This document shows positions 48,876 to 58,336 of a stretch of 64,000 bases of DNA, in pieces. The notes beneath the pieces are model-generated. The model saw only the letters and a program-made list of their open reading frames with translations, ran no database searches and had not been told where the DNA came from. Location: contig OY771506.1 in the NCBI GenBank assembly GCA_963674705.1, forward strand, positions 192,001 to 256,000, written 5' to 3'. The stretch's first letter is position 1; every line of letters starts with the position of its first letter. The stretch is from Phycisphaeraceae bacterium (lineage in GTDB: Bacteria > Planctomycetota > Phycisphaerae > Phycisphaerales > Phycisphaeraceae). The position numbers were made by a program, and so were the translations under genes.

Positions 48876-50077
48876 GACGCCCCCGCTTCCTCGTAGACTC
48901 GCACCAACTCGCGATAGTGCACATCCGGCGTAAACTTTTCCAGCAACTTCGCACGACCGGCACGCCCCATCGCGTCGGCTTTTTCAGGATCGTCCGCAAG
49001 CGTTCGCATCGCCTGCGCCAAACTATCAGCATCCGCTGGTTCAACAACCAGCCCATCGGCCTCATCAATCAACTCCGGCAGCGCGCCCATCCGCGTCACA
49101 ATCGCCGGCCTGTTTTGTGCGAACGACTCCAACACCGTCAGCCCGAACGGCTCGTACCACTCAGCGGGCAACACCGTCGCCAGACTGTCTCGGATCAACT
49201 CTTTTAAAGTGTCACCCTCTGTAAATCCAAGCAGCTGCACATTCGTGATGTTCTTTGTCTTGATGTACTCAGCCAGCGCCGCCTTGGCATCGCCCTCCCC
49301 AACAATCTTGACCTTCACATCCGGCAGCTTCGCCGCAGCATCCGCAAGCGTAAACACGCCCTTGATCCGCTCAATCCTGCCGAAGTATAGAAAATACCCA
49401 CCTTGCCCGGTTGAACCCTTCGGCTCATCGCCCGGCTCGACAAAGTTGTAGACGCGCACCAGCTTCGACTTCGGCACGCCGAACTCCGCCATCTTGCGCT
49501 TCTGAAAATCGCTGATCGCAATAAATCGGTCGATCAGGCGCTGGCTTCCCACAAGCCTCGACATGTACCACTCAAACGTTGCCAGGGAAGAGCGTGTTAA
49601 CGAACCACGGTTAAACCGCTGCATTGCTGCATGCCACGCCGACATCCCGCAACTCGATTCATCGATCTTATCGTTGTGCACAAGCGTGTAGTTCGGGCAG
49701 ATCTGCCGATACTCGTGCATCGTGTGTACAACGGGAATAGCTTCATCCTTCAGCACCGGCAGGATCGACGCCGTCAGTTTGCCGTAATAAATATGCAGAT
49801 GCGCCACGTCCGGCTTTTGCTCGCGGATCAACCGGCGGATCGCCTTCGCGGCAGGCCTCGAATACACATAACGCACGAGGTCGATCAGGTGAGGCTTTTC
49901 AAAGTCCGCCGCAACCGGGAAGTATTCCGCCCAGGGCGAATCAGCGTTCTCCTTGTGTTCGGCTACGAATGGGATCACCTCGTGCCCGTGGCGCTGCAGC
50001 AGCGCACACGTATCGAGGAACATCCGGTCCGAACCGCCGCGAACAAACAGGTTTTGCGAGACCTGCAGCACCTTCAT
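48863..50077 (-). CDS. GT4 glycosyltransferase
   Basis: H.Y..ICP, FGR....KG and WYEPFGL.VLES motifs. Confidence 0.93.
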   Translation of the reverse strand: MKVLQVSQNLFVRGGSDRMFLDTCALLQRHGHEVIPFVAEHKENADSPWAEYFPVAADFEKPHLIDLVRYVYSRPAAKAIRRLIREQKPDVAHLHIYYGKLTASILPVLKDEAIPVVHTMHEYRQICPNYTLVHNDKIDESSCGMSAWHAAMQRFNRGSLTRSSLATFEWYMSRLVGSQRLIDRFIAISDFQKRKMAEFGVPKSKLVRVYNFVEPGDEPKGSTGQGGYFLYFGRIERIKGVFTLADAAAKLPDVKVKIVGEGDAKAALAEYIKTKNITNVQLLGFTEGDTLKELIRDSLATVLPAEWYEPFGLTVLESFAQNRPAIVTRMGALPELIDEADGLVVEPADADSLAQAMRTLADDPEKADAMGRAGRAKLLEKFTPDVHYRELVRVYEEAGASCSA

Positions 50078-51513
50078 GATTGTGTTGTATCATCAACCTC
50101 GGCGCTTGGCGATTCAGGCGGCGCTGACCACGCCGCATACGCCAAGGCAGGCAACAACCAGAGATAGAAACTGAAAGAGCGTATCTCCGGCACGCGGTTA
50201 AACCACATCAGTAGCGCCGCCTGTGCCACGATGCAGAAGCCGGCCAGCCCCGCCCAGCGCAATACCGGATCGCCACGCGCCCCTCGCACCACCGCCGCAC
50301 AGGTCCACATCATCCGCACGCCCAACCACATCACCGCCAGCGCGCCCACAACCCCCGTGTAGCACAACAGCGCCACCCAATACACATCTTCGAAGCCTTC
50401 CTTCGTCATCGTCTTGTATAGCCGTGTGCGGTAAGCCTCGTTCAACCGCTCGATCGCGTACCCCTGATCCGGGCCATAACCGAATAGCGGCGCGTTCATC
50501 AAGGCGGTAGGAGCTACGCCGATCACAGCACCAAGCCGCTGGCGCTTCGCGCGTTCAAGATATTCCACCGAAAAGATGTTGGTCATGTTCCGCACGATCG
50601 AACGCCGACCTTGCCTCGGATGATGATACACACCGCCCTGGGTTTCCATGAGCATCGAACCGGCGATCAATACCAGGCCCAGCGAGATCGCCAGCAGGAA
50701 ACCTCCTGCTACGCGCCGTAAACCGAGCAATCCCCCGGCAAAAGACATTAACGTCAACCCCCCGGCGATTACCGCCGCCCGGGAGTATGAATAGGCCACC
50801 ATCAGGTAAACAAGCAAAAGGCTCAACCCGTCCCAGATACGCAATCGCCGGATCCGCGCCAAATAAACCGTCAGCACGACGAGCATGAACAGGCCGTAGT
50901 ACAGCGTATCGCCCAACGTACCAAATATGCTGCCGATCTCTCGCCCGCGCTCGACGATCGCAAACCGCCTCGCTTTGCCCGCGATTTCGATCTGTGATGT
51001 GTAAGGCAGCATCCAGACTTTCAGGTTATAGCCCACGACCCACTGCGCCAGCCCCGCAATCAACTGCAGCAAACCAGAGATCAGGATGATCCACAGGACC
51101 GTCGACACCTGCCGCCGCGAAAGACCCAACTGCGTCACAAGATAGAACACCGCGACGTACCGAAACGCGGAGCGCAGGTTCATCAGGCTTCCCACCAGAG
51201 GCGCATTGTTCAACGCGATCGACACCACCACGATCGCGAAAATCACCAATAGCGGCGTATCGATCGGTGTTCGGCGAAGACACCTGTCTTTAATTAACCT
51301 CACCGCAAGCACGGCTAACAGCGCCGCATAAACCAACCCCTCGATAGCAAATTGCATCGCAAACAGCACGCGCCCGGGAAACAATCCCGTCCGCCAGGCA
51401 AGCGTGATCAGGAAACTCTCCAAGGGGATCAAGGCTGTAAACGCCGCGATCAGATAAAACACGCATCGCTGCGTTATCGTGTCGATTGGATTAGCAGTAA
51501 CCGTGCTGTTCAT
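50074..51513 (-). CDS. Wzy/O-antigen-ligase-like polymerase or oligosaccharyltransferase
   Basis: Multi-TM; SYSRAA and PLFGYGP motifs. Confidence 0.75.
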   Translation of the reverse strand: MNSTVTANPIDTITQRCVFYLIAAFTALIPLESFLITLAWRTGLFPGRVLFAMQFAIEGLVYAALLAVLAVRLIKDRCLRRTPIDTPLLVIFAIVVVSIALNNAPLVGSLMNLRSAFRYVAVFYLVTQLGLSRRQVSTVLWIILISGLLQLIAGLAQWVVGYNLKVWMLPYTSQIEIAGKARRFAIVERGREIGSIFGTLGDTLYYGLFMLVVLTVYLARIRRLRIWDGLSLLLVYLMVAYSYSRAAVIAGGLTLMSFAGGLLGLRRVAGGFLLAISLGLVLIAGSMLMETQGGVYHHPRQGRRSIVRNMTNIFSVEYLERAKRQRLGAVIGVAPTALMNAPLFGYGPDQGYAIERLNEAYRTRLYKTMTKEGFEDVYWVALLCYTGVVGALAVMWLGVRMMWTCAAVVRGARGDPVLRWAGLAGFCIVAQAALLMWFNRVPEIRSFSFYLWLLPALAYAAWSAPPESPSAEVDDTTQS

Positions 51514-52475
51514 CCATCACTCCAACCCGACAGATCGCGACCGATCAACCTGGATAGCGTTTCGTTGTGTGGTGCAAAGTAATCAATCAATCGCCGCCGC
51601 GAGTCATCAGGCATCGGCGGCGGATCAAACGATTTTTCGTTCAGCCGTAACAACGCATGGCGCGCCCGCCGTGCCAATCCATGCGGGATAAACCGGCGGA
51701 CGGTGCGTTTCATCCGATTCTTCGACTTCAGCACCCCCGCCATGCCACGCGCCACCAACTCACTGCGGGCCGCCGCCGCTGCGTTATGCTCCCGCGACAG
51801 GTCCGGCTCAAAACCGCTGTCCACGCCCACCGCTTCGTACATCGTTCGACAAAGCGCACCCGCGTCCTGCGCCAGATCATCCGTCAAAAACACGTGCACG
51901 CGCTGCGGCCCAAACACCTCCAGCAAACGCTCAATGTGCGGCTGGTAAATCCCGACCTTCAGGTGCAACCGATCCCGGTCGGCCAGCCAGTCAGCGCCGA
52001 TCGTCTGATCGAGTTCCCGCTGAACCGCAGCATCGAACGACTTGGCCGATTCCCAGCCGCGCCGACGGGAATACCAGTAAGACGAATACGCCCGCTTAAC
52101 CGGATCTCGCAACAAGGCAAAGACCTGCATCTGCGGATTGTGCTCATGAAGCCGTTGAATCGCGTCGGGCTTGTACATCGCAAATACGTGCTTCGCCAGG
52201 AATAATGACTCGGATGGATAGCGCTCGGGCAGATACTTCTGGCAACTCGCAGCGTACCCCTGAGCATATTCATCTTCACTGAAAAAATACATCATCTCAC
52301 GCTGGGCATGAGAAAGTAGCTGCGGATGCTGCGCGGCGTAACGATACAGGCTCGTCGTCCCCGCCTTCGGTGCACCGACAAGCATCGCACAAACAGACGG
52401 GACAGCCCCATGCTGCCTGCTTGTGTTTGAGGCGACACCCGCCGCTTCATCGGTTTGTCCGTTCTCAGACATCAT
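51510..52475 (-). CDS. Sulfotransferase
   Basis: GAPKAGTTSL and LRDP..RAYS.Y motifs. Confidence 0.92.
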   Translation of the reverse strand: MMSENGQTDEAAGVASNTSRQHGAVPSVCAMLVGAPKAGTTSLYRYAAQHPQLLSHAQREMMYFFSEDEYAQGYAASCQKYLPERYPSESLFLAKHVFAMYKPDAIQRLHEHNPQMQVFALLRDPVKRAYSSYWYSRRRGWESAKSFDAAVQRELDQTIGADWLADRDRLHLKVGIYQPHIERLLEVFGPQRVHVFLTDDLAQDAGALCRTMYEAVGVDSGFEPDLSREHNAAAAARSELVARGMAGVLKSKNRMKRTVRRFIPHGLARRARHALLRLNEKSFDPPPMPDDSRRRLIDYFAPHNETLSRLIGRDLSGWSDG

Positions 52476-52617
52476 GACGCAGCGTGCTCGGTTCCCTGAT
52501 ATCGCGATTGAACTATCGTATGAACGACCATCTTCCCTGACATCTCAACGGTGCTATCCCCACATATGATAACACGCACAACCCTGGACACATCGAATAT
52601 ATCACTTCGATGCACCG

Positions 52618-53541
52618 TTACCAGACCCATTTATCCAGGCCCAGTAAATGCGCCAACGCTTCCGGCTCATTCTGGTAATACGCCTCCAGCTTGAGGCGGT
52701 CCGCATCACTTAACGCATCACCCGGCACAGCCCGCCCGCCCCCATTGCCTGATCGACCAAGTACCGCATCCGTCACGCTCCGCAACCGCCTCAAAACCGA
52801 ACGCATCGCGGGTTTGTCATGCACGTACGGCTTAAGCCGCCAGATCAATGAACGATACACCCCATGCAACCCGGGCCATCGCACACGACGCGAAGCGTTA
52901 TGGATATCAAACGCATAATCATCGTAAAACGCACGATCAATCCCCACGCAGCCACATATCCGCTGAACAATCCCTTTCGGATCATCGATCAGTTCGCGGT
53001 AGTTGACCACAGTGAGTCTGTCCCGCCCGAACTCGTCCACCCACGGGCGAAGATACTTTGAATACCGACCTTCCTGTATGGACCGCATGTGTTGCGGAAG
53101 TGATTCGCCTTTCGACGCAGCCTCGAATTGTGTCTGTACGTATTCTGTCAGACTCACGCTCGAAGCCAGCAGCCCGTTCTGGATCGCGTAACGCCGCCAG
53201 GACTTCATCCGTGCGATCGGTTCACGCAATACGACAACGACATGCACATCCTGCAAAGTGTCGGCGATCCGTTTGGCGACCACCGGCCTGAACAGATAAT
53301 CCGGCGTCGCCTCAAGCCGAACCTTGTCCGCCGGGCAATCCGGAAAGAAACTGTTGTACCCCTGCGCCCCATCTTCATATCGATGCAAACGACGCAATTC
53401 ATCATGATCCAGGAAGAACCGTGTCTCCTTGATGGTCGATTTACACATGCCCGGATGGTCAGACAGGTAGCTGAATAGTGACGTGGTGCCCGCACGGGTG
53501 ACGCCGGCGATGATCAGATGTTTTGCGGGGCTTAAAGTCAT
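52618..53541 (-). CDS. Sulfotransferase
   Basis: G..RAGTTSL, KETRFF, EATPDY and LREP..R..S motifs. Confidence 0.92.
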   Translation of the reverse strand: MTLSPAKHLIIAGVTRAGTTSLFSYLSDHPGMCKSTIKETRFFLDHDELRRLHRYEDGAQGYNSFFPDCPADKVRLEATPDYLFRPVVAKRIADTLQDVHVVVVLREPIARMKSWRRYAIQNGLLASSVSLTEYVQTQFEAASKGESLPQHMRSIQEGRYSKYLRPWVDEFGRDRLTVVNYRELIDDPKGIVQRICGCVGIDRAFYDDYAFDIHNASRRVRWPGLHGVYRSLIWRLKPYVHDKPAMRSVLRRLRSVTDAVLGRSGNGGGRAVPGDALSDADRLKLEAYYQNEPEALAHLLGLDKWVW

Positions 53542-54875
53542 GAACTTGGATGGGACAAAGCGTTAGACATCGGTTTGGCGTTCAGTCGTAACAGGTTCAG
53601 CATGGACAATATCGCCGTAGCCAGAGCCGCCCACGCCACGCCGGTCAGCCCTAGCCAGCTAAACAACACATAGGCAAGTACCACATTAGCGAAGGCTGCA
53701 AAGCACATATTACCCAGCACGGCCCCGAATCGCTTGCGGGCATAGAGCGCTGAGGTCAGTACAGGCAGCAAGCAGTAAAAGATTGTCGCCGGTCCAAGCA
53801 CGAACAGGACCGCCGCCGACGCCTCCAGCCCCGCCGGGTCTTTGCCTTTGCCGCCATAAAGTGTGTCAATAATGAAAGAGCTCAACAGCATCATGATCAC
53901 CGCGGCGGGCAGGGTTAATCCCAGAATAAGCAGCAATCGATGATAAATGGATCGCTTGAACTGCTTCCAGTCGCCGGCAAGGTCCTGCTCGGTGAGCTTT
54001 GGCATCCCGGTCAACGCAACGGAAACCCCAACGATATTCTGAATCGCCGCCAGCAATCGGTACGCACAGTAGTAGGCCGTCACAGAACCTGAAGGCCCGA
54101 GTGAAGCGATCGCGTACTCGACCACACGTGACGCCTGCCTCACGCCGAATCCCGCAAGCGGATACGCGATCGTGCCACGCAACTGTGTAAAAGTCTCCCG
54201 GCGCGGCAGGTGCAAAATGTTTGGCTTGAATCCCAGCTTCATGACCGCATTGATCAGCAACAGGATGAAGTACAACGCGTAACCCAGCGTAAACGCTGCC
54301 GCGATCCAGTACGGCGCGCGGTCGTTGTGCCAGGTCAGAACCACAGCGAGTATCACAACACCGGGCGTGATCGCATTACGCAGTGCGGTCACGGTAAAGT
54401 GCTTGTGGCTGTTGAGCATGACCTCGAGCACCGCAGCCCCCATCGCGAACAATACCACCCCCGACATCAGCCGAAGCAACGTCGCGGATAACGCCTGATC
54501 CTCCGGCTCGAGGCCCCAGCCCGCCAACATCGTGATCGGTCCCGCCAAAACCAACCCGACACACATCAGCACAAAGCCGATCCCCAGGAACAGGTTGAAC
54601 ACGCGTGTGCCAAAATCCAGGAATTCCCCGCCGCCCCGCTCTTTTTCAACCGTGATGAATACCGACATCAGGCTGAACTTCGTCGCGTCCCGGCCGACCG
54701 TCCCGATCAGGCGCGGCAGCCGCAGGGCGATGATCAGGGCGTCCGCCACGGCTGAAAAATCGAACCGCCGCACGATCAGCACGTCCGCCAGCAACGCCAG
54801 CACCATCCCCGCCGCCACCAGGCTCATCACCCGCTGGGTTGCACTACGCCATAGCTTGGCAAGGAGTCGACTCAT
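53538..54875 (-). CDS. MOP-family (MurJ/Wzx-like) flippase
   Basis: Many TMs; 'ADAL..A.RLP' MurJ-like motif; located inside the glycan locus. Confidence 0.85.
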   Translation of the reverse strand: MSRLLAKLWRSATQRVMSLVAAGMVLALLADVLIVRRFDFSAVADALIIALRLPRLIGTVGRDATKFSLMSVFITVEKERGGGEFLDFGTRVFNLFLGIGFVLMCVGLVLAGPITMLAGWGLEPEDQALSATLLRLMSGVVLFAMGAAVLEVMLNSHKHFTVTALRNAITPGVVILAVVLTWHNDRAPYWIAAAFTLGYALYFILLLINAVMKLGFKPNILHLPRRETFTQLRGTIAYPLAGFGVRQASRVVEYAIASLGPSGSVTAYYCAYRLLAAIQNIVGVSVALTGMPKLTEQDLAGDWKQFKRSIYHRLLLILGLTLPAAVIMMLLSSFIIDTLYGGKGKDPAGLEASAAVLFVLGPATIFYCLLPVLTSALYARKRFGAVLGNMCFAAFANVVLAYVLFSWLGLTGVAWAALATAILSMLNLLRLNAKPMSNALSHPSS

Positions 54876-55107
54876 AACGGATGTTTCGCAATAGGGATGG
54901 GGCTCAGGCGTTTCATTTTCGGCAAGTGTAGCGAGCAATGGCACTGCGGGTCACGCCGGGCCGCCATAGGCTGCTCGATCACCCCTAACTTACCCAATTG
55001 TCGGGGTTTGTTGACATTACGGCCACCTGCCTTACACTGACAGGTTAGTGCAGTGACTACGGCTTGTTTCGGCTGCAAAGGATGGCGCCGATCCCGCGCG
55101 CTAATGC

Positions 55108-56685
55108 ATGGTCATGACACCCAGCGAAACTGCGACGAACATCTCGACTACCTTGGACCCCGCAGCTGAGGTCTCGGTAAAGCCCGAAGTACGGATCACC
55201 ACGACCACGGTCCCGCGCAAGCGTTTTCGCAGACCACCGGCCAAGGATCCGTTGGCGTTTCGTATGCGCCGCCTGGCAGGGCCCAGCCTCTTCCTCGGGG
55301 ACGTCCTGGCCATGCAGATGTCCCTGCTGATGGGATTCTGGCTCCGCTGGGGACTCGACGCCTTCGGCCGAATGACCGAATTTAAAATACTCACCGGCGG
55401 GCTGAGACGCGGTGAGTACGGCGCTCTGGCGATCGGCATGATGGTACTGCCCATCGCTTACTGGGTGCAGGGCCTGTACCCCGGCTACGGCCTGAATCCC
55501 GTCGAACGTCTGCGCCGACGTATCTACACCGTTGGGCTCGTTTTCGCCATGCTGCTGGCATGGGATTACGCCGTACTGAAAGCCGATCCCTCCCGGGGCG
55601 TCCTCATGCTGACATTCGTCTTCGCGGCCGTGCTAGGACCGGTTATTGAAGCCGTCGTCCGTACGTGCCTGCGATCCGCTGGAGCATGGGGCATGCCCGT
55701 GGTCGTCCTCGGAGCCGCCAAGACCGGCAAAATGGTCACCCGTGTACTGCAGCGAGAGCCCGAACTCGGTTTCGTCCCCATCGCCATCTACGACGACGAT
55801 CCGGACACATGGGGCACGGAAATCGCCGGCGTGCCCGTCCTCGGGCCGCTGTCCCGAGCCAAGAAACTGTCCAAAATCTGCAAGACCGCCCTGATCGCTA
55901 TGCCCGGCATGGAAGCCCGCAAAACCGCCCACCTATGCCACCGCCTGCCTTATCCCCGTGTGATCTCGATCCCCGACCTGGTCGGCCTGTCCAGCCTCTG
56001 GGTCTCCTCACGCGACCTCGGCGGGATCGTCGGCCTGGAGGTCAAAAAGAACCTCTTCCCGCGTCGGAACTGGATGCTCAAACGCACGCTCGACTATATC
56101 CTCGGTTTCCACCTGTTCGTTGCGAGCCTGCCGTTACTCGCCGTTTTCGCGGTCTGGATCAAGATCGTCAGCCCGGATGGGCCCATCCTCTTCCGTCAGC
56201 CCCGCGTCGGTTTCGGCGGCAAGACGATCGGCGTCTGGAAACTGCGGACCATGTACCCCGATGCGGACGACCGCCTGCAAGCCTGCCTTGAAGCCGATCC
56301 CGAAAAGTTCGAGCAGTGGAAACACTACTGCAAACTCAAGGACGATCCGCGTGTCCTGCCCGGTGTCGGTCGGCTCCTGCGACGTACCAGCCTCGATGAG
56401 CTTCCCCAGTTATGGAACGTACTCGTCGGCGAGATGAGCCTCGTCGGCCCACGCCCGTTCCCCCACTACCACCTCGCCCGATTCAGCCCGCAGTTCCGTA
56501 CCATCCGCCGAAGCGTCCTACCCGGCCTCACCGGCCTCTGGCAGGTCTCCGGCCGAAGCGAATCCGATGTCTCCGTACAGGAAGTCATGGACACCTACTA
56601 CATCCGCAACTGGTCCCCCTGGCTGGACGTCTACCTCCTCGCCCGCACCATCGGCGCCGTCATCCAGGGCCGCGGGGCGTACTGA
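55108..56685 (+). CDS. Priming polyprenyl-phosphate sugar-1-phosphate transferase (WbaP/WcaJ family)
   Basis: [33 protein letters not shown] and [13 protein letters not shown] motifs. Confidence 0.93.
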   Translation: MVMTPSETATNISTTLDPAAEVSVKPEVRITTTTVPRKRFRRPPAKDPLAFRMRRLAGPSLFLGDVLAMQMSLLMGFWLRWGLDAFGRMTEFKILTGGLRRGEYGALAIGMMVLPIAYWVQGLYPGYGLNPVERLRRRIYTVGLVFAMLLAWDYAVLKADPSRGVLMLTFVFAAVLGPVIEAVVRTCLRSAGAWGMPVVVLGAAKTGKMVTRVLQREPELGFVPIAIYDDDPDTWGTEIAGVPVLGPLSRAKKLSKICKTALIAMPGMEARKTAHLCHRLPYPRVISIPDLVGLSSLWVSSRDLGGIVGLEVKKNLFPRRNWMLKRTLDYILGFHLFVASLPLLAVFAVWIKIVSPDGPILFRQPRVGFGGKTIGVWKLRTMYPDADDRLQACLEADPEKFEQWKHYCKLKDDPRVLPGVGRLLRRTSLDELPQLWNVLVGEMSLVGPRPFPHYHLARFSPQFRTIRRSVLPGLTGLWQVSGRSESDVSVQEVMDTYYIRNWSPWLDVYLLARTIGAVIQGRGAY

Positions 56686-56718
56686 TCGACTCCAGCCGGA
56701 GAACCCGGACATCAGATT

Positions 56719-56856
56719 CCAAATGACGAAGTTCGAATGCACGAATGTCGAATCAATGTCCAAATAACAAATGCCAAATGAATGTCCGGCCTCCGATTCG
56801 CCATTAAAGCCTTCGACATTCTTTCGTCATTCGGGCATTCATCATTCGTGCATTCC
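56719..56856. repeat. Degenerate (GAATG)-type heptamer inverted-repeat element between convergent genes
   Basis: Left arm aaatgacgaa/cgaatgcacgaatgtcgaa; right arm ttcgacatt/ttcgtcattcgggcattc...ttcgtgcattc. Confidence 0.75.
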
Positions 56857-56878
56857 ACCTATGCCTAAAATGAACCGT

Positions 56879-58258
56879 CTATCGTGAAGTGTGTTGCTCG
56901 ACCAACTCAATAAACCGCGCCCCGCGCTGCTCGTAGTTATCAAACTGATCCCAACTCGCACACGCAGGGCTTAGCAGTACGACTTCGCCGAATTTCGCAC
57001 GCTGCACCGCTTCTTTCACCGCTCGTTCCAGCACCTCACACCGCACCACCGCCGCGGCGGCGGAGGCGGCTTCAGCCGCCGTTGCAATCCCATCTCCCGT
57101 CACCCCGATCGTGTAAACACCCGCACACTTCTGCGACGCTAACGCCGCCAACGGCTTCAGGTCGCTGCCCTTGTCATACCCGCCCAGAATGATGTGAACC
57201 GTCCCCGCATCAAAACTCTTGATCGCAAGCTCCGCCGCCTCCGGCGTCGTACACTTCGAATCATTGAAGTAACGCACACCGTTGTGTTCACAAACAAACT
57301 GCAACCGGTGCGGCAGGCCCGGGAAGTCTGTAAGAGCCGAGGCGCTTAGTTTTTCTTCTACTTCTGCAAAATGGCATGCGCCGATTGCCATCACCGCATT
57401 CATCAGGTTGTGCTCGCCGGGGATCTTTAACTCAACACCCCACGCTTCGGCATAATCTCTCGGCGTGTCATCAAAACCGATCACGCGCTTAGGCCAGCGA
57501 TCACTATTCAATCGAAATACATGATGTTGCCATTCGGGGAATACAGCAAAATCCGCTTCGCTCTGGTAGTCGAAGATCACCTGCTTGTCTTCAAGATAAG
57601 CCTCGTAAGTTCCATGCCAATCAATATGATTCGGGCTGACATTCGTCAGCACCGCGATATGCGGCGACCACCCCTTAAAGTGCTTGTTCTCACGCAACCC
57701 GTGCAGCATGAAACTCGAAAGCTCCAGCACTACCCAATCATCCGGTCCGATCTCATCCACATAATCCAGCAGCGACCCCCCGATATTGCCCCCGACCCAC
57801 ACGCTCCGGGCACCTTCATTTCCTGCTTTTCTGCTTTCCTGTTTTTCTGCTTTCTCCAACACATGTCCGATCATCGCCGTCGTCGTACTCTTGCCCGCCG
57901 TGCCCGTTACGCCGATCGTGCGATGGCGGTTAGGCAAAGCCTCGACAAGCAACCGTATCTCGCTGGTGATTGGGATGTCCGCCGCTTCGGCCGCTCGCAG
58001 GAAACGGTTGTCGGGCTTTACCGCCGGGTTCGCGACGAGAAGGTCACAGGTCGTGAAGTCGCTGACGTTGTGTTCGCCCAGCCGGTACTCGATCGGCAGG
58101 CCTTCGAGTTTGATGAGGCTGTCCTTAAGCTGATCCTCGTTTAGCTGATCGGTCACCAGCACGTCCGCGCCTTGTTTGACCAGGTAACGCGTCACCCCCA
58201 CCCCGCCACCGAAGCGGCCGAGACCCATTACCGTTACGCGCTTACCTGCCAGTTCCAT
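56879..58258 (-). CDS. murD: UDP-MurNAc-L-Ala--D-Glu ligase
   Basis: GLGRFGGG, GTAGKSTT, GGNIG, ELSSF, HRL, NDSK.T and LSPACASWDQF motifs. Confidence 0.96.
   Translation of the reverse strand: MELAGKRVTVMGLGRFGGGVGVTRYLVKQGADVLVTDQLNEDQLKDSLIKLEGLPIEYRLGEHNVSDFTTCDLLVANPAVKPDNRFLRAAEAADIPITSEIRLLVEALPNRHRTIGVTGTAGKSTTTAMIGHVLEKAEKQESRKAGNEGARSVWVGGNIGGSLLDYVDEIGPDDWVVLELSSFMLHGLRENKHFKGWSPHIAVLTNVSPNHIDWHGTYEAYLEDKQVIFDYQSEADFAVFPEWQHHVFRLNSDRWPKRVIGFDDTPRDYAEAWGVELKIPGEHNLMNAVMAIGACHFAEVEEKLSASALTDFPGLPHRLQFVCEHNGVRYFNDSKCTTPEAAELAIKSFDAGTVHIILGGYDKGSDLKPLAALASQKCAGVYTIGVTGDGIATAAEAASAAAAVVRCEVLERAVKEAVQRAKFGEVVLLSPACASWDQFDNYEQRGARFIELVEQHTSR
57819..57850. repeat. Intragenic octamer tandem (TTTYCTGY)x4 in murD
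   Basis: tttcctgc ttttctgc tttcctgt ttttctgc, encoding AEKQESRKAG. Confidence 0.7.
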
Positions 58259-58277
58259 ACCAACAGTGTACGAAATC

Positions 58278-58310
58278 AAAGAAGCCCACGTTCAATCGAA
58301 CGCGGGCTCC
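58278..58310 (-). terminator. Probable terminator after the CvpA-like gene
   Basis: Minus strand GAGCCCGCGTTC-GATT-GAACGTGGGCTTCTTT. Confidence 0.6.
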
Positions 58311-58336
58311 CGTGTTGCTTGATAATGTTTAACGAA

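Noticed and set aside
53538..54875. Housekeeping peptidoglycan flippase murJ
   Set aside because: It is divergent, embedded in the sulfated-glycan locus and coupled to a sulfotransferase, so no gene symbol was assigned.
55068..55094. Additional sigma28 promoters (GCCGAT at ~55087 and ~11402)
   Set aside because: No acceptable -35 element at 15-nt spacing; GCCGAT is common in GC-rich DNA.
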